Of a stretch of 64,000 nt of DNA, positions 14,201 through 26,939 are shown piece by piece. A model generated the notes under the pieces. It did not search any database. It was not told the origin of the DNA and saw only the letters and a list, made by a program, of their open reading frames with translations. Position 1 is the stretch's first letter. Each line of letters starts with the position of its first letter. The DNA comes from Eledone cirrhosa (Eukaryota): assembly GCA_964016885.1 (NCBI GenBank), contig OZ024750.1, positions 49,910,001-49,974,000 of the forward strand. The letters run 5' to 3'. The position numbers were made by a program, and so were the translations under genes.

Positions 14201-14710
14201 ACAAACGAGGAAGAATATATTGAGACAGATGGCACTAAGGAATACTGGTGGAACCTGCAAATAAAAACTGCCACCAAATTAAAGCACAACCAGCCTGATA
14301 TTGTAGTTTGGGACCACACATTGAAAACGTGTTCTGTTGTGGAGATCAGCTGCCCACTTGATGTAAACGTTGTCAGAAAAATACAGGAGAAGGAGGACAT
14401 CTACGGACCATTGATGAGGAGTTTACAAATCCAGTATCCAAGATACACCTTTAGCTTCATACCCATCATTATTGGTGCTACGGGTTATATACCAACCCGC
14501 TTGGACCAAAGTATGACTGAACTTGGATTTACGGACAAAAAGCGCATCTCCCTAATTCATAGTCTGCAAATGGCTGCGATAGCTGGCACCTTCAAAATTT
14601 GCAAAACATTCTTGCGATTCAAGGGATGACAATTTCTTTTCTTTTACAACCTTGCCACCAGGAAGGTGGCCGGTCAAAAAAATATACTCGAAATTAAGAG
14701 AAAGAGAAAA
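14201..14710 (+). mobile_element. R4-type LINE 3' fragment (RLE domain plus 3' UTR), copy a
   Basis: EYWWNL...HNQPDIVVWD...VVEISCP...IPIIIGATG...KICKTFLRFKG*; nearly identical to 14910-15420. Confidence 0.88.
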
Positions 14711-14802
14711 CATACATACACACATACATACATGCATACATACATACATACATACATACATACATACATACATACATACATACATACATACATACATACA
14801 TA

Positions 14803-15420
14803 CATTGTTGCCAGCTGCGAAAGAATGTCATCTCGCTACTACCTCCCCATGAGACACGATGGGATAGCTAGATCTATCTGGAACGCACTTCGGAAAACAA
14901 AATTAACAACAAACGAGGAAGAATATATTGAGACAGATGGCACTAAGGAATACTGGTGGAACCTGAAAATAAAAACTGCCACCAAATTAAAGCACAACCG
15001 GCCTGATATTGTAGTTTGGGACCACACATTGAAAACGTGTTCTGTTGTGGAGATCAGCTGCCCACTTGATGTAAACGTTGTCAGAAAAATACAGGAGAAG
15101 GAGGACATCTACGGACCATTGATGAGGAGCTTACAAATCCAGTATCCAAGATACACCTTTAGCTTCATACCCATCATTATTGGTGCTACGGGCTATATAC
15201 CAACCCGCTTGGACCAAAGTATGACCGAACTTGGATTTGCGGACAAAAAGCGCAGCTCCCTAATTCATAGTCTACAAATGGCTGCGATAGCTGGCACCTT
15301 CAAAATATGCAAAACATTCTTGCGATTCAAGGGATGACAATTTCTTTTCTTTTACAACCTTGCCACCAGGAAGGTGGCCGGTCAAAAAAAAATATACTCG
15401 AAATTAAGAGAAAGAGAAAA
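14803..15420 (+). mobile_element. R4-type LINE 3' fragment, copy b (longer)
   Basis: Open frame IVASCERMSSRYYLPMRHD...HNRPDIVVWD...VEISCP...FLRFKG*, then the UTR and (CATA)n. Confidence 0.9.
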
Positions 15421-15781
15421 CATACATACATACATACATACATACATACATACATACATACATACATACATACATACATAAGTGACGCCAGAAATCAAAC
15501 ATATGTTCTGGGACACTAGACTTTAAATTTTAAATGAATGAGATCTACAAGAGTATTGCCACGTTTAGCAGCCTTTATAAATAACTGTCTATTCTTATTA
15601 TATTCATTGAAGACAGCTTTTATTAGGCATCGTAGAGATATCTGTCTAAAATTGAATTCAACTTAGAAGGATTTGTCTCAGTCAACATGGCTGGTCACAA
15701 TATCAACAACACTAGTGGATAATAGAGGAAAAACGAGAGCAAGGAAGATAAACAGAATGTTTTAGTTGCAGTTACAGAAGG

Positions 15782-15930
15782 AGGTGAAATGGCAGTATCA
15801 TTGTAACGTTGTGGGAATTGTTTTGCCTTATTCGTTCCGGCCTTTTACACTCTGAGTTCAGATCCCGCCATGGTCATTTTTGTCTTTCATCCTTTGAAGT
15901 TTGATAAAAAAAAAGTACCAGTCCAGTACT
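15782..15930 (+). mobile_element. Diverged SINE copy
   Basis: tggcagtatc...gagttcagatcccgcc...ctttcatcct...gataaaa..aagtaccag. Confidence 0.7.
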
Positions 15931-16559
15931 TCGCTATATATTTCCTCATTTCCTCTCTATCTCCCACTTTCTATTCCCCCCCCCCCCCCGAAAGAAATCT
16001 GATGTTTACAGACCTGAAGAGGGATGAGCTCCAGCTGGCTTGAAATCTGCAAGAGACGTTATATAAGTCTACGGCACCTCTGCGGAACCTCTACGACTCC
16101 ACCAGGGGTTACGATTCCATATCTTACCATTCAGAAGGAAGCGAAACTATAAATTGCATTTGTCCTAAACTATGAACTCTATAATAATATATTTAATTGG
16201 TATGAAATTGCAGAAATGTATCCTTCTGTTTGCTATATGAACATATTGAATCTACATTGCGATGAACTTTGCCCAGAGATACGTTATTTCACAACCAAAC
16301 AATTTCGCCAGCAGACAACGTTTGTCCAGCGTAAAAATAACATAAACAGTATTCAAAACAATAATGAAATTATGATATCTATATAAAATACAACACTATG
16401 TGAGCACTCTCCAAGATTAGACTTGAAATCAACATGTGCCACAACAGGTTGCCCTGTTGTGATATTTTCTAGTAGCTAGTCGAACAACAAACAACAGTAA
16501 CACACAAATAGTCTGTTGAAACAGCCATGCCTGCGAGAAACTTAACAGCACGTACACAA

Positions 16560-18880
16560 AACACTTTACCTCAACTTCTATATCTGGAAGTCACGTTAGC
16601 CATCAATATGAAAATATTGCCAGTGACAATACGTCTAGAATTAGCTGAGAAAGTGAAGAATACAAGCAATTAAAATACATCCCCAGTTAAACTTTTCCAT
16701 TCAGAGATTAATTTGTTTATAAATCTTACTCTTGAAAGAAGCTCAACTATGAGGTAGAAAGAGATCTGAACTAAATATTGTCCATGCATAAAATAAATCA
16801 TACAACATCAGCGATGACTACATTTGAGACTGTGATAGGAAACCTCCAGGATAAGACAGCACAAGAAATACACTTGATTGTGGGCTACTAGTCTAAAACA
16901 TGCTTTCTATCGAATGTATCGTATCAATCTCTATCAACAAGCTCTGAAAGCTAGTGGGTATTAGCAGAGACAAGATTGACCCCAATAAACAAAGAGGCAC
17001 AATTGGCAAAACAAATTGTATGACAGAACCTGGTACATAAAATATACAGCCTGTCTGAAAATATTCCTCCAAGATCACAGAAACAATACTTATACCATCA
17101 GATATAAACAGGCAGCTGGGAGGAAAAGAGTTTGAAGTGTGCTGAGCCCCTCCTAATTAGCAAAACTGTAATGTCAGAGGTTACAGTATAACTGGATTAC
17201 AAAGAATCATTCGATTCTATTCCACACTATTGGCTTCTAGAGGCCCTTCGACTTGCTGACGTGTCAGATACCCACGTCGGAGACACGGAAAATCTATACT
17301 CACCGCTGGTCATTATCCTGGAGTTAAATACAGAGAAGGTGGACTATATTACCACTAATAGAAAAGAAAATCGCAGGTGTATATTTAAATACACAGTTTC
17401 TATGGGATTATCCCCCTCCTCATCATCATCATCATTATCATGTTCAGGCAACTAGTGCAGCCAGTCGTTGGGGTGCCACTTTAGTCACTTTTGCAGTCAG
17501 TTGTCGTCATTGGTCTCTAATCTCCTTCATGTGTAGAAGTGTCTCGGTGTTTTGTCCGTTCCTGCTTTTGATGTCGTAAGGCGAGGGTTTATTTTTTTGT
17601 CAGCCACTTCTTCGACCTCCCTCGACTGTTCCCTAAATGATGGTTTTGAACAAGCAGTTGTGGCGGGATATATAACTATCCCAAGTAAGCTTCCATCTTT
17701 CCACTGTCGCAAGGGGTGGTTCCTGTCTGCCAGCATATTTAACTTGCTGTCTGACAACGCTGTTGGTTTTGTGACCCATGTATGGGATGAATAGCAACCC
17801 CCTGAAGTACTTGTGCTCGAATGACTGGATTTTCGTTCCATGTCTGCTGTGAGAATCAAACTCTTACACCAAGGACTTATATAGTTTGAGCTTCGTTGCA
17901 AAACTGATGGAATTTATTTTCCATATGACATTCAGGTTTACCACCGCAGGAATGGTTAAGATCTTTTCGAGATCTTCCATATTTGGTCAGAGTGGATCTT
18001 AAATACTTAAACGTGTTCACTTCTTCAAGTCTTCCTCCGTTCAGCATTATATCTGTTGCCATATTCTCATTATTACTTTTACCTAGAATCTTGCTCTTTT
18101 CTGATCTCCATTCCGTATGGTCCTCATAACTTTTCCCAATGGTAGTGAGTCCCCGATATTCTGCTTCACTGTTTTATAACATCACTTCACTTGATGCTAA
18201 TTAAAGTATCAGTAAGTCCCTTGTATGTTTTGCTGTGGAAATATGAAATATGCGCAATTCGTTCAAAGAGGCTAAACACACTCACCTAAGTCATAACTTT
18301 TTGTGGATGGCTTGACACTTTATGTCAAGATAAATGGTATAAAGATAATAGTTGACCAGATTACGACATTTTACAAGGATATAGGAATAGAGATTGACCA
18401 GGATAGATCTACCTATTTGATTGTAGAGCGAGGAAAACCTACAAGTTAATCAAGTAACATCTTTATGAGTGACATCAGGGTTTCACTTCGTACGAGGACT
18501 GCTGAGAGATACTTAGGAATAGAAGGAAATATAACCTATGATGGAATTTGCAACAAGAACCCAGTAAACGGCAAAATTACCCGGCATATGGTCTTCGGAA
18601 TTTTGCGTACACTGCATCAGTGATCCCTGTGGGTTTGCTGGCCCTGTGATACCAACATTTGTACTACTTGACTAGAGGGAAGATGGGATAGGGGCCATTG
18701 ATGTTAAAACGGCAGACGGCAGACAGGCACCGCAAATTTCCACATCATCAGTGGCATATACAGCCTCTACCTCTAAACGTAAACAAGGGTGCAGATGCTT
18801 AAAATGAGTCCAAACAGCATTTGAGTGTCACATCATATCCCTCCGATAATATGTACGTGTCAATGATTGATATTTCTTTC
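16560..18880 (+). mobile_element. Old R4-type LINE RT remnant, interrupted by the RTE fragment at 17419-18180
   Basis: Nucleotide similarity to 12000-13270 (attgtgggctac, gcagctgg.aggaaaag, ctggattacaaag..tcattcgattct, cataactttttgtggatg, aaggatataggaat, aaacgtaaacaagg). Confidence 0.75.
17419..18180 (-). mobile_element. RTE-clade LINE 3' fragment with (TGA)n tail
   Basis: LNGGRLEEVNTFKYL motif; an RTE-like C-terminus (KTII.GTVEGGRR.G) in a shifted frame; tcatcatcatca at the 3' end. Confidence 0.8.
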
Positions 18881-19219
18881 TGCATCTGATCCAGTGAATG
18901 AAAAAATAAAAGGCTATGCTCACGTAACACACGTGAAAGTCGTTTAGATCAAGAGATGTCGGTGCTTGAAGCGTCTTTAATCGAGGAAAGGGATAGCACT
19001 GGACTAATCCCACTCTCTAAACAAAGGTGAAAGGAATTGAAAATGAAAGATTAGGGCAGCATCGTTGGCTGCCATCGAGTTGCTAGATTTACATCAGAGT
19101 TTTCCTTTTCTTAAAATGATACCATCACAAGATATAGGATTATTTCACTGTCTGTGGGTTAACCACACACTCAGACACCAAAGTGAGTATTTCTTTCCCC
19201 GGGCACATGCATAGTTATA

Positions 19220-19390
19220 TACGATGGTCGGCTGAAAGTTTCATTGGCTGAGTATGAGAAATCGATGTTAGGTTTGTGAAATCTTGCATGAATTAATTTC
19301 AGCTCTTCTCATTAATAACTGTATTGTTTCTGCCCAGGGATTATGCTGAGAAATAAACCTCATTTTTTCATTCCATGAAAGTATATTGGT
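19220..19390 (+). mobile_element. Possible mariner-like terminal fragment
   Basis: Starts TA-cgatggtcggctgaaagtttca, similar in form to mariner TIRs; no second TIR found. Confidence 0.3.
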
Positions 19391-19769
19391 CGGCCGGCAC
19401 GCATACATACATACATACATGGTGGCCGCCAACTCGTTTGCGAGTACGGCCACTAGTTTATATCCATGTAGGAGAACCCCTACCGATGCGCTGAAGAAGC
19501 GTGACTTTTTAGTCCAATCAGCGACTTGAAATCTATGGTAGAAACACTACACTTGTGACAATTATTGACACATAGTGCTGGGCCCATGGTACCATGTGAC
19601 GACAAGTGCAGAGAGATCTCCAGATATAAAGCAATGCCTGTGCCGTGAAGCTTTTATAGTGAGCAAAGGCACTGCACAAAGCCAGTCCCACTCTCTTAAC
19701 CAATATGATATTTACCAAAAAGAAGAACAAGTCAACATCATTGGATACCATCAGGGTTGTTGGTGTTAT

Positions 19770-20023
19770 ATCAGTGTTTTCCTTCTCCTAGAATTCTGCC
19801 TTGACAAAGACTAACGGATCCTCTCTCCCGGTGATTTTGGATAGCCATCTTAAGAGCTCCTTTGCCATTCGACAGATTTTATTTTTAGTCCTGCAGGTTG
19901 TCCAAAGTCACCCTCCTCACCAAGAAACCTTGGTGGGGTTGCCAGTTTAGTCGCCAACGACCCGACCATGAGACAGGTTGTAATAGGATACATGTTACCA
20001 GTAGCACCAACTGGTGACCTGAC
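19770..20023 (-). mobile_element. Isolated LINE 5'-UTR-like structured segment (RTE/R4 style)
   Basis: Hairpin caccaag-gttt-cttggtg, gaggagggt, and ttctaggagaaggaaaacactga, typical of RTE 5' UTRs; shares a motif with 708-880. Confidence 0.45.
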
Positions 20024-20035
20024 ATAAATATATAT

Positions 20036-20114
<79 letters not shown>

Positions 20115-20157
20115 CAGGCAAACATACACACATATATATATACACATACACACATAT

Positions 20158-20195
<38 letters not shown>

Positions 20196-20520
20196 ATAAT
20201 AATACATTTCAAGACTAAAATCCAAAGAGGGCTCGATAAGGATAAATATATATATATATATATATATATACACGTAACACATATATGTGTGTGTATGCAT
20301 TACAGTGCTCATGGAATATGTGGTTATCAAATTGATATAGCAGGAACTATCATGTCCTCCATGCAGCCTCGAATCGAGACATGTTGCCACCCTCCCCCAA
20401 TAAACTTCTGCCACCCTGTTGCTCTTGGACATTTAGCAGTGATTCCTAATCTTTTGTAAACACTTCCTCCTTCAGTCATAGATTTCATAAACATACATAC
20501 ATATATACATACATACATAA

Positions 20521-20825
20521 GGGCCATTGATGAGGAGTTTGCAGATCCAGTATCCAAGATACACTTTCAGCTTCATACCCATCATTATTGGAGATACAGG
20601 TTATATACCAACCCGCTTGGACCAAAGTAGGAATGAGCATGGATTTGTGGACAAAGGGCGCAGCTCCCCAATTCATAGACTACATATGGCTGCGATAGCT
20701 CGCACCTTCCACATTCGCAAAAGCTTCTTGTGATTCAAGGTATGACTATTTCTTTTCTTTTACAACCTTGCAGCCAGGAAGGTGGCCAGTCAAAAATATA
20801 ATCGAAATTAAGATATACAGAGAGA
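20521..20825 (+). mobile_element. R4-type LINE 3' fragment, copy c, between (CATA)n arrays
   Basis: MRSLQIQYPRYTFSFIPIIIGDTGYIPTRLDQS matches copies a and b; same 3' UTR. Confidence 0.88.
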
Positions 20826-21445
20826 CATACATACATACATACATACATACGTATGTACATATGTACGCAGAATGTCGAGGTTTAGAAAACGGAAATGGTA
20901 CGTCAGAGAAGTGACTAGAACCTTCTTAATTCGGATTGCTTTTTTGTCATTCGCGAATTGTTTTGTCGTTATCATCAAATATGCAAAACAGATTCTCAAA
21001 TTACAATTTCTTATATAGCCTGCTATTTCTGCCTAAATTGTTGTTCGTAATCTGTACCATAATCTCCACCAAACTGTTCCCAATGTATATATAAATACTA
21101 ATTTCCACCATATTCTGTGTCGGATCTATACATTAGTTGACTACCTATTCAGCTATACATATTTCTACGTGAATGATTGAAAACATGTGATTATCGATAG
21201 GTATAAATATATATATAAGTGTATAGAAATGGTTCTTTCTTTTGAGATATTATATTGGGAAATATCGATAATATGCGCCTTGTATCATTTTACTTATCGT
21301 TGCCATATTGATGTTTATGGTATCATTGTTTTCTAGTAGTAATGCGTTTCAATGGAGCATAAATGTTCCAGAACTCTCTTCCATTAAAAAGGCATATGCG
21401 CCATGTTAATAAATACCTTCCAGTCTTACTGGGACTGTATTTTAC

Positions 21446-21980
<535 letters not shown>

Positions 21981-22541
21981 ATTCAACCAGTCAACATTGC
22001 ATACTATTCACCATTCCATGTATATCTGTTTCAGTCCTCATCTCATTTATTTTCCAATATAGAATATAAATATAAATCATTCCCAGCGTGATGTAATAAT
22101 TTCTACTGTATCCAATTCTTTCATCAATCAATTTGTTTCATCAATGCATCGCAGGTTGTTAAATTGAGAATAGCATAGAACCGCACAGAAATCTCTTCAC
22201 AAATCTTGTCCGACATGGCACGTCGCAGTATAATTATTTTGCAGTATTAACTTGGTATGTTTTCATGAAATGAAGACAGACCAATACCATCATAGATTCT
22301 GGTAGTGATTTCGTCAATTTGTTTCAATTTAGAATTAATGAATCTCTGTAGATACCTAGGGCGTAACATATATTTTGTACGCAACATATTTTCGTTTATG
22401 CAAGAAGTCGGAGTAAACAGTAAACTAATAGATAAGTCCACAAATAAGTATCACATGTAACTAAAGTAGTATACGTGCACGAATTAGCGCCTATATTCTC
22501 ATATTTGCAACAAACACACACATGCATAATTGTCGGTATAC

Positions 22542-22573
<32 letters not shown>

Positions 22574-22578
<5 letters not shown>

Positions 22579-22760
22579 AAAATGTTAGACCCCGAAGGCA
22601 GAGCTCAAGCCGTTTCTAAAGGGCTTGAGCTCTGCCGTTAGGGGTCTAACATGTTTCTATTACCCACCCTACTACCGTAAGAGTTGAGTTCTCTGGAGCG
22701 TTATGGTCCATCTCGTCCCTTACCACAACTCCTTCGTAGTGAAGCAGCGATTCTTTGATT
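22574..22760 (+). repeat. Asymmetric hairpin element family A, copy 2
   Basis: Hairpin 22574-22660 followed by the tail tacccaccctactaccgtaagagttgag. Confidence 0.8.
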
Positions 22761-22775
22761 AAAATTTAATCTGTT

Positions 22776-22850
22776 ATTTTAATAAATATTAGCTCTACGG
22801 TTCTTATATATCAGATATATAAGAACCGTAGAGCTAATATTTATTAAAAT
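22776..22850. repeat. Perfect palindrome, 37-bp arms, 1-nt loop
   Basis: attttaataaatattagctctacggttcttatatatc-a-gatatataagaaccgtagagctaatatttattaaaat. Confidence 0.95.
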
Positions 22851-22966
22851 TACATATTATGTACATAATATAATGTTCCATATATTGGTTATAATATAAT
22901 GTTCCAATATATGGAACAGTATATTATGTAACATTATCCCATTATTTTAATTCATATTCCTTTGAA

Positions 22967-23086
22967 GTTCTGATGATCCACTCTGTTTTTTAAATATGTT
23001 AATTATTTTCAACTGAACCAGATCAATTATGATATATAGTCATCTGATCCAGAAATATCATATGGAGTAGCGAAACAATTGTAAAC
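22967..23086 (+). ncRNA. Hammerhead-like motif with very long stem II
   Basis: gtt CTGATGA t ccactctg...(about 80 nt)...tggagtag c GAAA caattg TA aac; palindromic stem III CAATTG; stem I only 3 bp. Confidence 0.45.
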
Positions 23087-23382
23087 GGACATTATCATTA
23101 TTAATATTATTATTATTATTCTCTACATTGCTTACATCAAACTAAAATATGTTGACAATCTTTTAATAATGTCTTCCTTGTGAAATTCATGGTCTTGTTT
23201 TGCTTAACTAATGAATATTTCCAGCTCTGCGCACCTAACGTCTGCATGAACCCAGCCACCTAGCTGCTTTCTACTGCATATTGCACATTGAGTACATGCC
23301 TTTACCCATTGGCTTCTAACTAACTTACCAATCTCTCCTCTCATATCTCCTCTACTATCTCCATCTCTCTATTTAAGATTGG

Positions 23383-23436
<54 letters not shown>

Positions 23437-23779
23437 AAAAGACAAAAAAACAACGTGGAAGCGAAGAGGTAGTAGAGAATGTAAATATTAATTTCACGCT
23501 TGTAATATTGATCCTCCTTTCAAAACTTCTTACTATAATTGAAGTCACTCCCTATTTATTAGTTATTATAAGTATATATTTTTTTATTTACTTCAATCAA
23601 AATTTTAACTTGTAATTTTTTATTTCTAATTTCCAATCATAATTTCCACCGTGAAACCATAATACCTAGAAATAAATGTTTATTCTCTTAGTGGGTGATG
23701 GTAAATTATATTGTCCTAGGATAATTATGGGGTAGTATTAAGGCCTTTTGAAACTCATACTCTCCCACCCACTCTAGGT

Positions 23780-24260
23780 GTCGGTCAACTGCCACTGGCA
23801 GGGCGACTAGCAGCAAACTTTAACTCTGTCGTATTACAGACCAGCATAGGGGTGATTGTCCGTTGGGGTGTGAGGGGACCTGCCTTGGCGAGTTTCGTAG
23901 CGTTTTGGGGTAGTGGATGGTCAACTTCCTTCCAACTTGTGGGGGTGAATTGGGATTCACAAGGGAACGGGCGAAGGATTCAAGAGCACGCGCTTTGACG
24001 GTTCCTTTGTCGGTTCAATTTGGATTGCCTCGGGGACATAACCTTATTATGCAAGAAGCTGTCTGATGATGCCACGGCACTGGGTATACCGAATCGTGTG
24101 GCCACTGTCGTCATTGAAATATGTATCACAGAATGATCATTAAAGCCCTTTAACATCTGAAACTACTTCGTATTTTCTTATTCTAATTATGCTCCGTCAC
24201 ACCTAGGTGGAAAATGTAAGTTGAGTGATTGATGTGAATTGCATCAATATTTACCTTTAG
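23780..24260 (+). mobile_element. Family H1 repeat, second locus, with a decayed hammerhead at 24058-24108
   Basis: Aligns to the reverse complement of 10419-10830; core CTGATGA is present but GAAA>GAAT and GTC>GCC; ends at (TA)n. Confidence 0.75.
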
Positions 24261-24294
24261 TATATATAAATTTATATATATATATATATATATA

Positions 24295-26454
24295 CTAACA
24301 GAAGTGCCTGGCGTTGCTCGGTGCTGAATTGCTTGAAAGTACTGTTAATGATTGCACTGAATTATGATTATTCAGGCAAAGATTGATATAAGTTTACGCC
24401 CAATGAATCTATTTGTAAGTGTATAGAAAGCCCTGTAAATGGGTTCCTACCCCCTCGTAGAATGGTGTAAGAATTGAATGTGAGGTTGCCTTGAAAAGGG
24501 CCATGTTTTTGTTCTCATAATTGTAAGAATTTGATAATCGTGGAAGGGGGTGTAAAACGTTCGCAGGTGAATAGGGCCTCTTCGTTTTCCACGAACGGCA
24601 GCGGATGTGCTGTTACAAAACTTCATGGTGTGTTAAAAGAGAATCGATGCCCTATGTAGGCAAGAGGGCAATTATGTATGGGTAAGTAAATACGGGTAAT
24701 TTATAAAATCTAGAACAATTGCATCTACTCACCATATGTCAGAAGGGCAAGACTGTAGTGGTGCTAAATAGATGAATCACAACACGTCTGTGGTGGAGAT
24801 GTTGTTTTCATTGATCGGCGTTATGAGTAAATTTGTTGTATAAAATGATCTGTTGCTTAGTTTTGAAAGTGTATGTTGCGATCGTGTTGTCGCTGATGTA
24901 AACTTTAATAGTGAGAGTGTAGATGTAGGGGTAGATGTCTCATGCACGTTGGATATAGAAGATGAGGCTACTGGTTTGATGATGAATGGATAGAAATAGA
25001 GGTGAGCGGAGGACAGGTGTTCGTTAAGTGTCAAGTAATTTCAGGAAACGCCTAAAAATGTAAATGCCATCATAAAAGAGAGTCGTATGTAAGTGAAATA
25101 CTAACGTGGTGTTCCAAAATGATGAAGCGTAGTAATCCTATAAAACCTCCTTGTACACACTCTTTTTCGTTTTTCGTTGTGGAACGAACGCGAAAGCATC
25201 ACTGTTGCTGCCGACACGCGAGCAGCCAACGTAAAGCTCACCATGAGAGAAACATGGCTCCCCCAAATGTATTCCCGCCACAGACAGTGTTTGAGTGAGT
25301 GTGTGTTTGTATGTGTTTGTAAATAAATCATTAAGTTTGAAGCAACTAAAAGTTAGTGTGGTTATAAATCACGCACGTTGTTTAATTGCTTTAAATGTTT
25401 TTTTATCATTTGAAGTGAGTGTGTGTTTGTATGCGTTTGGAAATAAATCAGTAAGTTTGAAGTATAAAAGAGAAAGTAGCAAAATGTGTGGGTTGTAGAT
25501 AGAGGTAAGCAGATGATATGAGAGAGTAAAACGGACATATCACCATCAAGCTTGGAAAGAGAAAGTAGCAGAAAGTATGAAGTTGTATAGATTTTGAATG
25601 GTAATGGAAAGAGGGAAGCACTTGATTGTTTAAGTACGTGTTGCAAATGGCAAATGTTTGTGGTTATAAATCCCACATGTTGTTTAATTGCTTTAAATTT
25701 TTTTTTTATCAGTTTATGTGAGTGTGTGTTTGTATGTTTTTGTAAATAAATCATTAAGTTTGAAGCAACTAAAAGTTTGTGTGATTATAAATCACGCACG
25801 TTGTTTAATTGCTTTAAATGTTTGTTTATCATTTGAAGAGAGTGTAAGAAAGGAAGTTAATGAATAGTCATGTATTTGTGGTTATAAATCCCGCACTTTG
25901 TTTAATTGCTTTAACATTTTTTTTATCGATTTACGTGAGTGTGTGTTTGTATGTTTTTGTAAAGAAATCATTAAATTTGAAGCAACTAAAAGTTAGTGTG
26001 GTTATAAATAATGCACGTTGTTTAATTGCTTTAAATGTTTTTTTATCATTTGAATTGAGTGTGTGTTTGTATGCGTTTGGAAATAAATCAGTAAGTTTGA
26101 AATATAAAAGAGAAAGTAGCAAAATGTGTGGGTTGTACATAGAGGTAAGCAGATGATATGAGAGAGTAAAACGGACAGTATCACCAGCAAGCTTGGAAAA
26201 AGAAAGTAGCAGAAAGTATGAAGTTGTATATATTTTTGAAGGGTAATGGAAAGAGTTTAGCACTTGAAATGAGAGAAGAATATCGTAAAATATTATGTTT
26301 TATAATTTTTTTGCGTAATTGTGAGTGAAATTGAAAAAATGATATGTGCCAAGACCCAATCGAAGGTATTTCGAATACTGAATTGTAAATTTCATTTGAT
26401 CGTAGATTTCTATAACAAAGGATCATGACCATACACTGAGGTTTATAGATTATG

Positions 26455-26455
<1 letters not shown>
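24295..26455 (-). mobile_element. Non-autonomous Helitron with an internal tandem-repeat array
   Basis: The 3' end ccgagcaacgccagg hairpin + ttagt matches the 36855 Helitron end; a candidate 5' TC lies at 26455 (or 26449) next to (TA)n; no ORF. Confidence 0.6.
25290..26270 (+). repeat. Higher-order tandem repeat of about 120-bp units with an interspersed block
   Basis: Recurrent gtgagtgtgtgtttgtatg...gtggttataaatc...tgtttaattgctttaa; the block at about 25295-25620 recurs at about 25935-26265. Confidence 0.85.
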
Positions 26456-26546
<91 letters not shown>

Positions 26547-26631
26547 TTATATATATAGTTGTTATATATATATATATAAATTTATATATATAGTTGTTAT
26601 ATATATATATATAAATTTATATATAAAGTTG

Positions 26632-26686
<55 letters not shown>

Positions 26687-26865
26687 TATATATAGTTGTT
26701 ATATAGTAAGGTGTATTATTGGTTGTGTCAAACGGTCCAATAAAAGTTCTTCACGCATTTGTATATCTCCAATTCCATTTATGGGAACAGCTAGATATTG
26801 TAAAACGGAGTATTTGTATCAGAATAAAGATCTGAAAGGATGGTCACAAATTTCAATCATCTTAA

Positions 26866-26939
26866 TCACGACACATGTTTCAATAAGAGATATATCGATC
26901 CTGTAGACATGATCGATTATCACTGATCTCGTCAGGTGA
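26866..26939 (-). ncRNA. Type I hammerhead motif
   Basis: tcac CTGACGA gat...atcgatc(loop)gatcgat...att GAAA catgtg TC gtga; stem I 4 bp, ACATGT palindrome in stem III. Confidence 0.65.

Noticed and set aside
14130-15480. Repeat-spacer-repeat pattern reminiscent of a CRISPR array
   Set aside because: The repeats are (CATA)n microsatellites and the intervening pieces are near-identical LINE 3' ends; the context is eukaryotic and there are no cas genes.
16010-16070. CTGAAGA...GAAA hammerhead-like string (similar at 19491-19545)
   Set aside because: No convincing stem I with a correctly placed NUH.
19880-19960. Twister- or HDV-like ribozyme in the LINE leader-like segment
   Set aside because: GAGGAGGGT and CAACCCCACC are suggestive, but the twister P4/L4 and the HDV nested pseudoknot could not be built.
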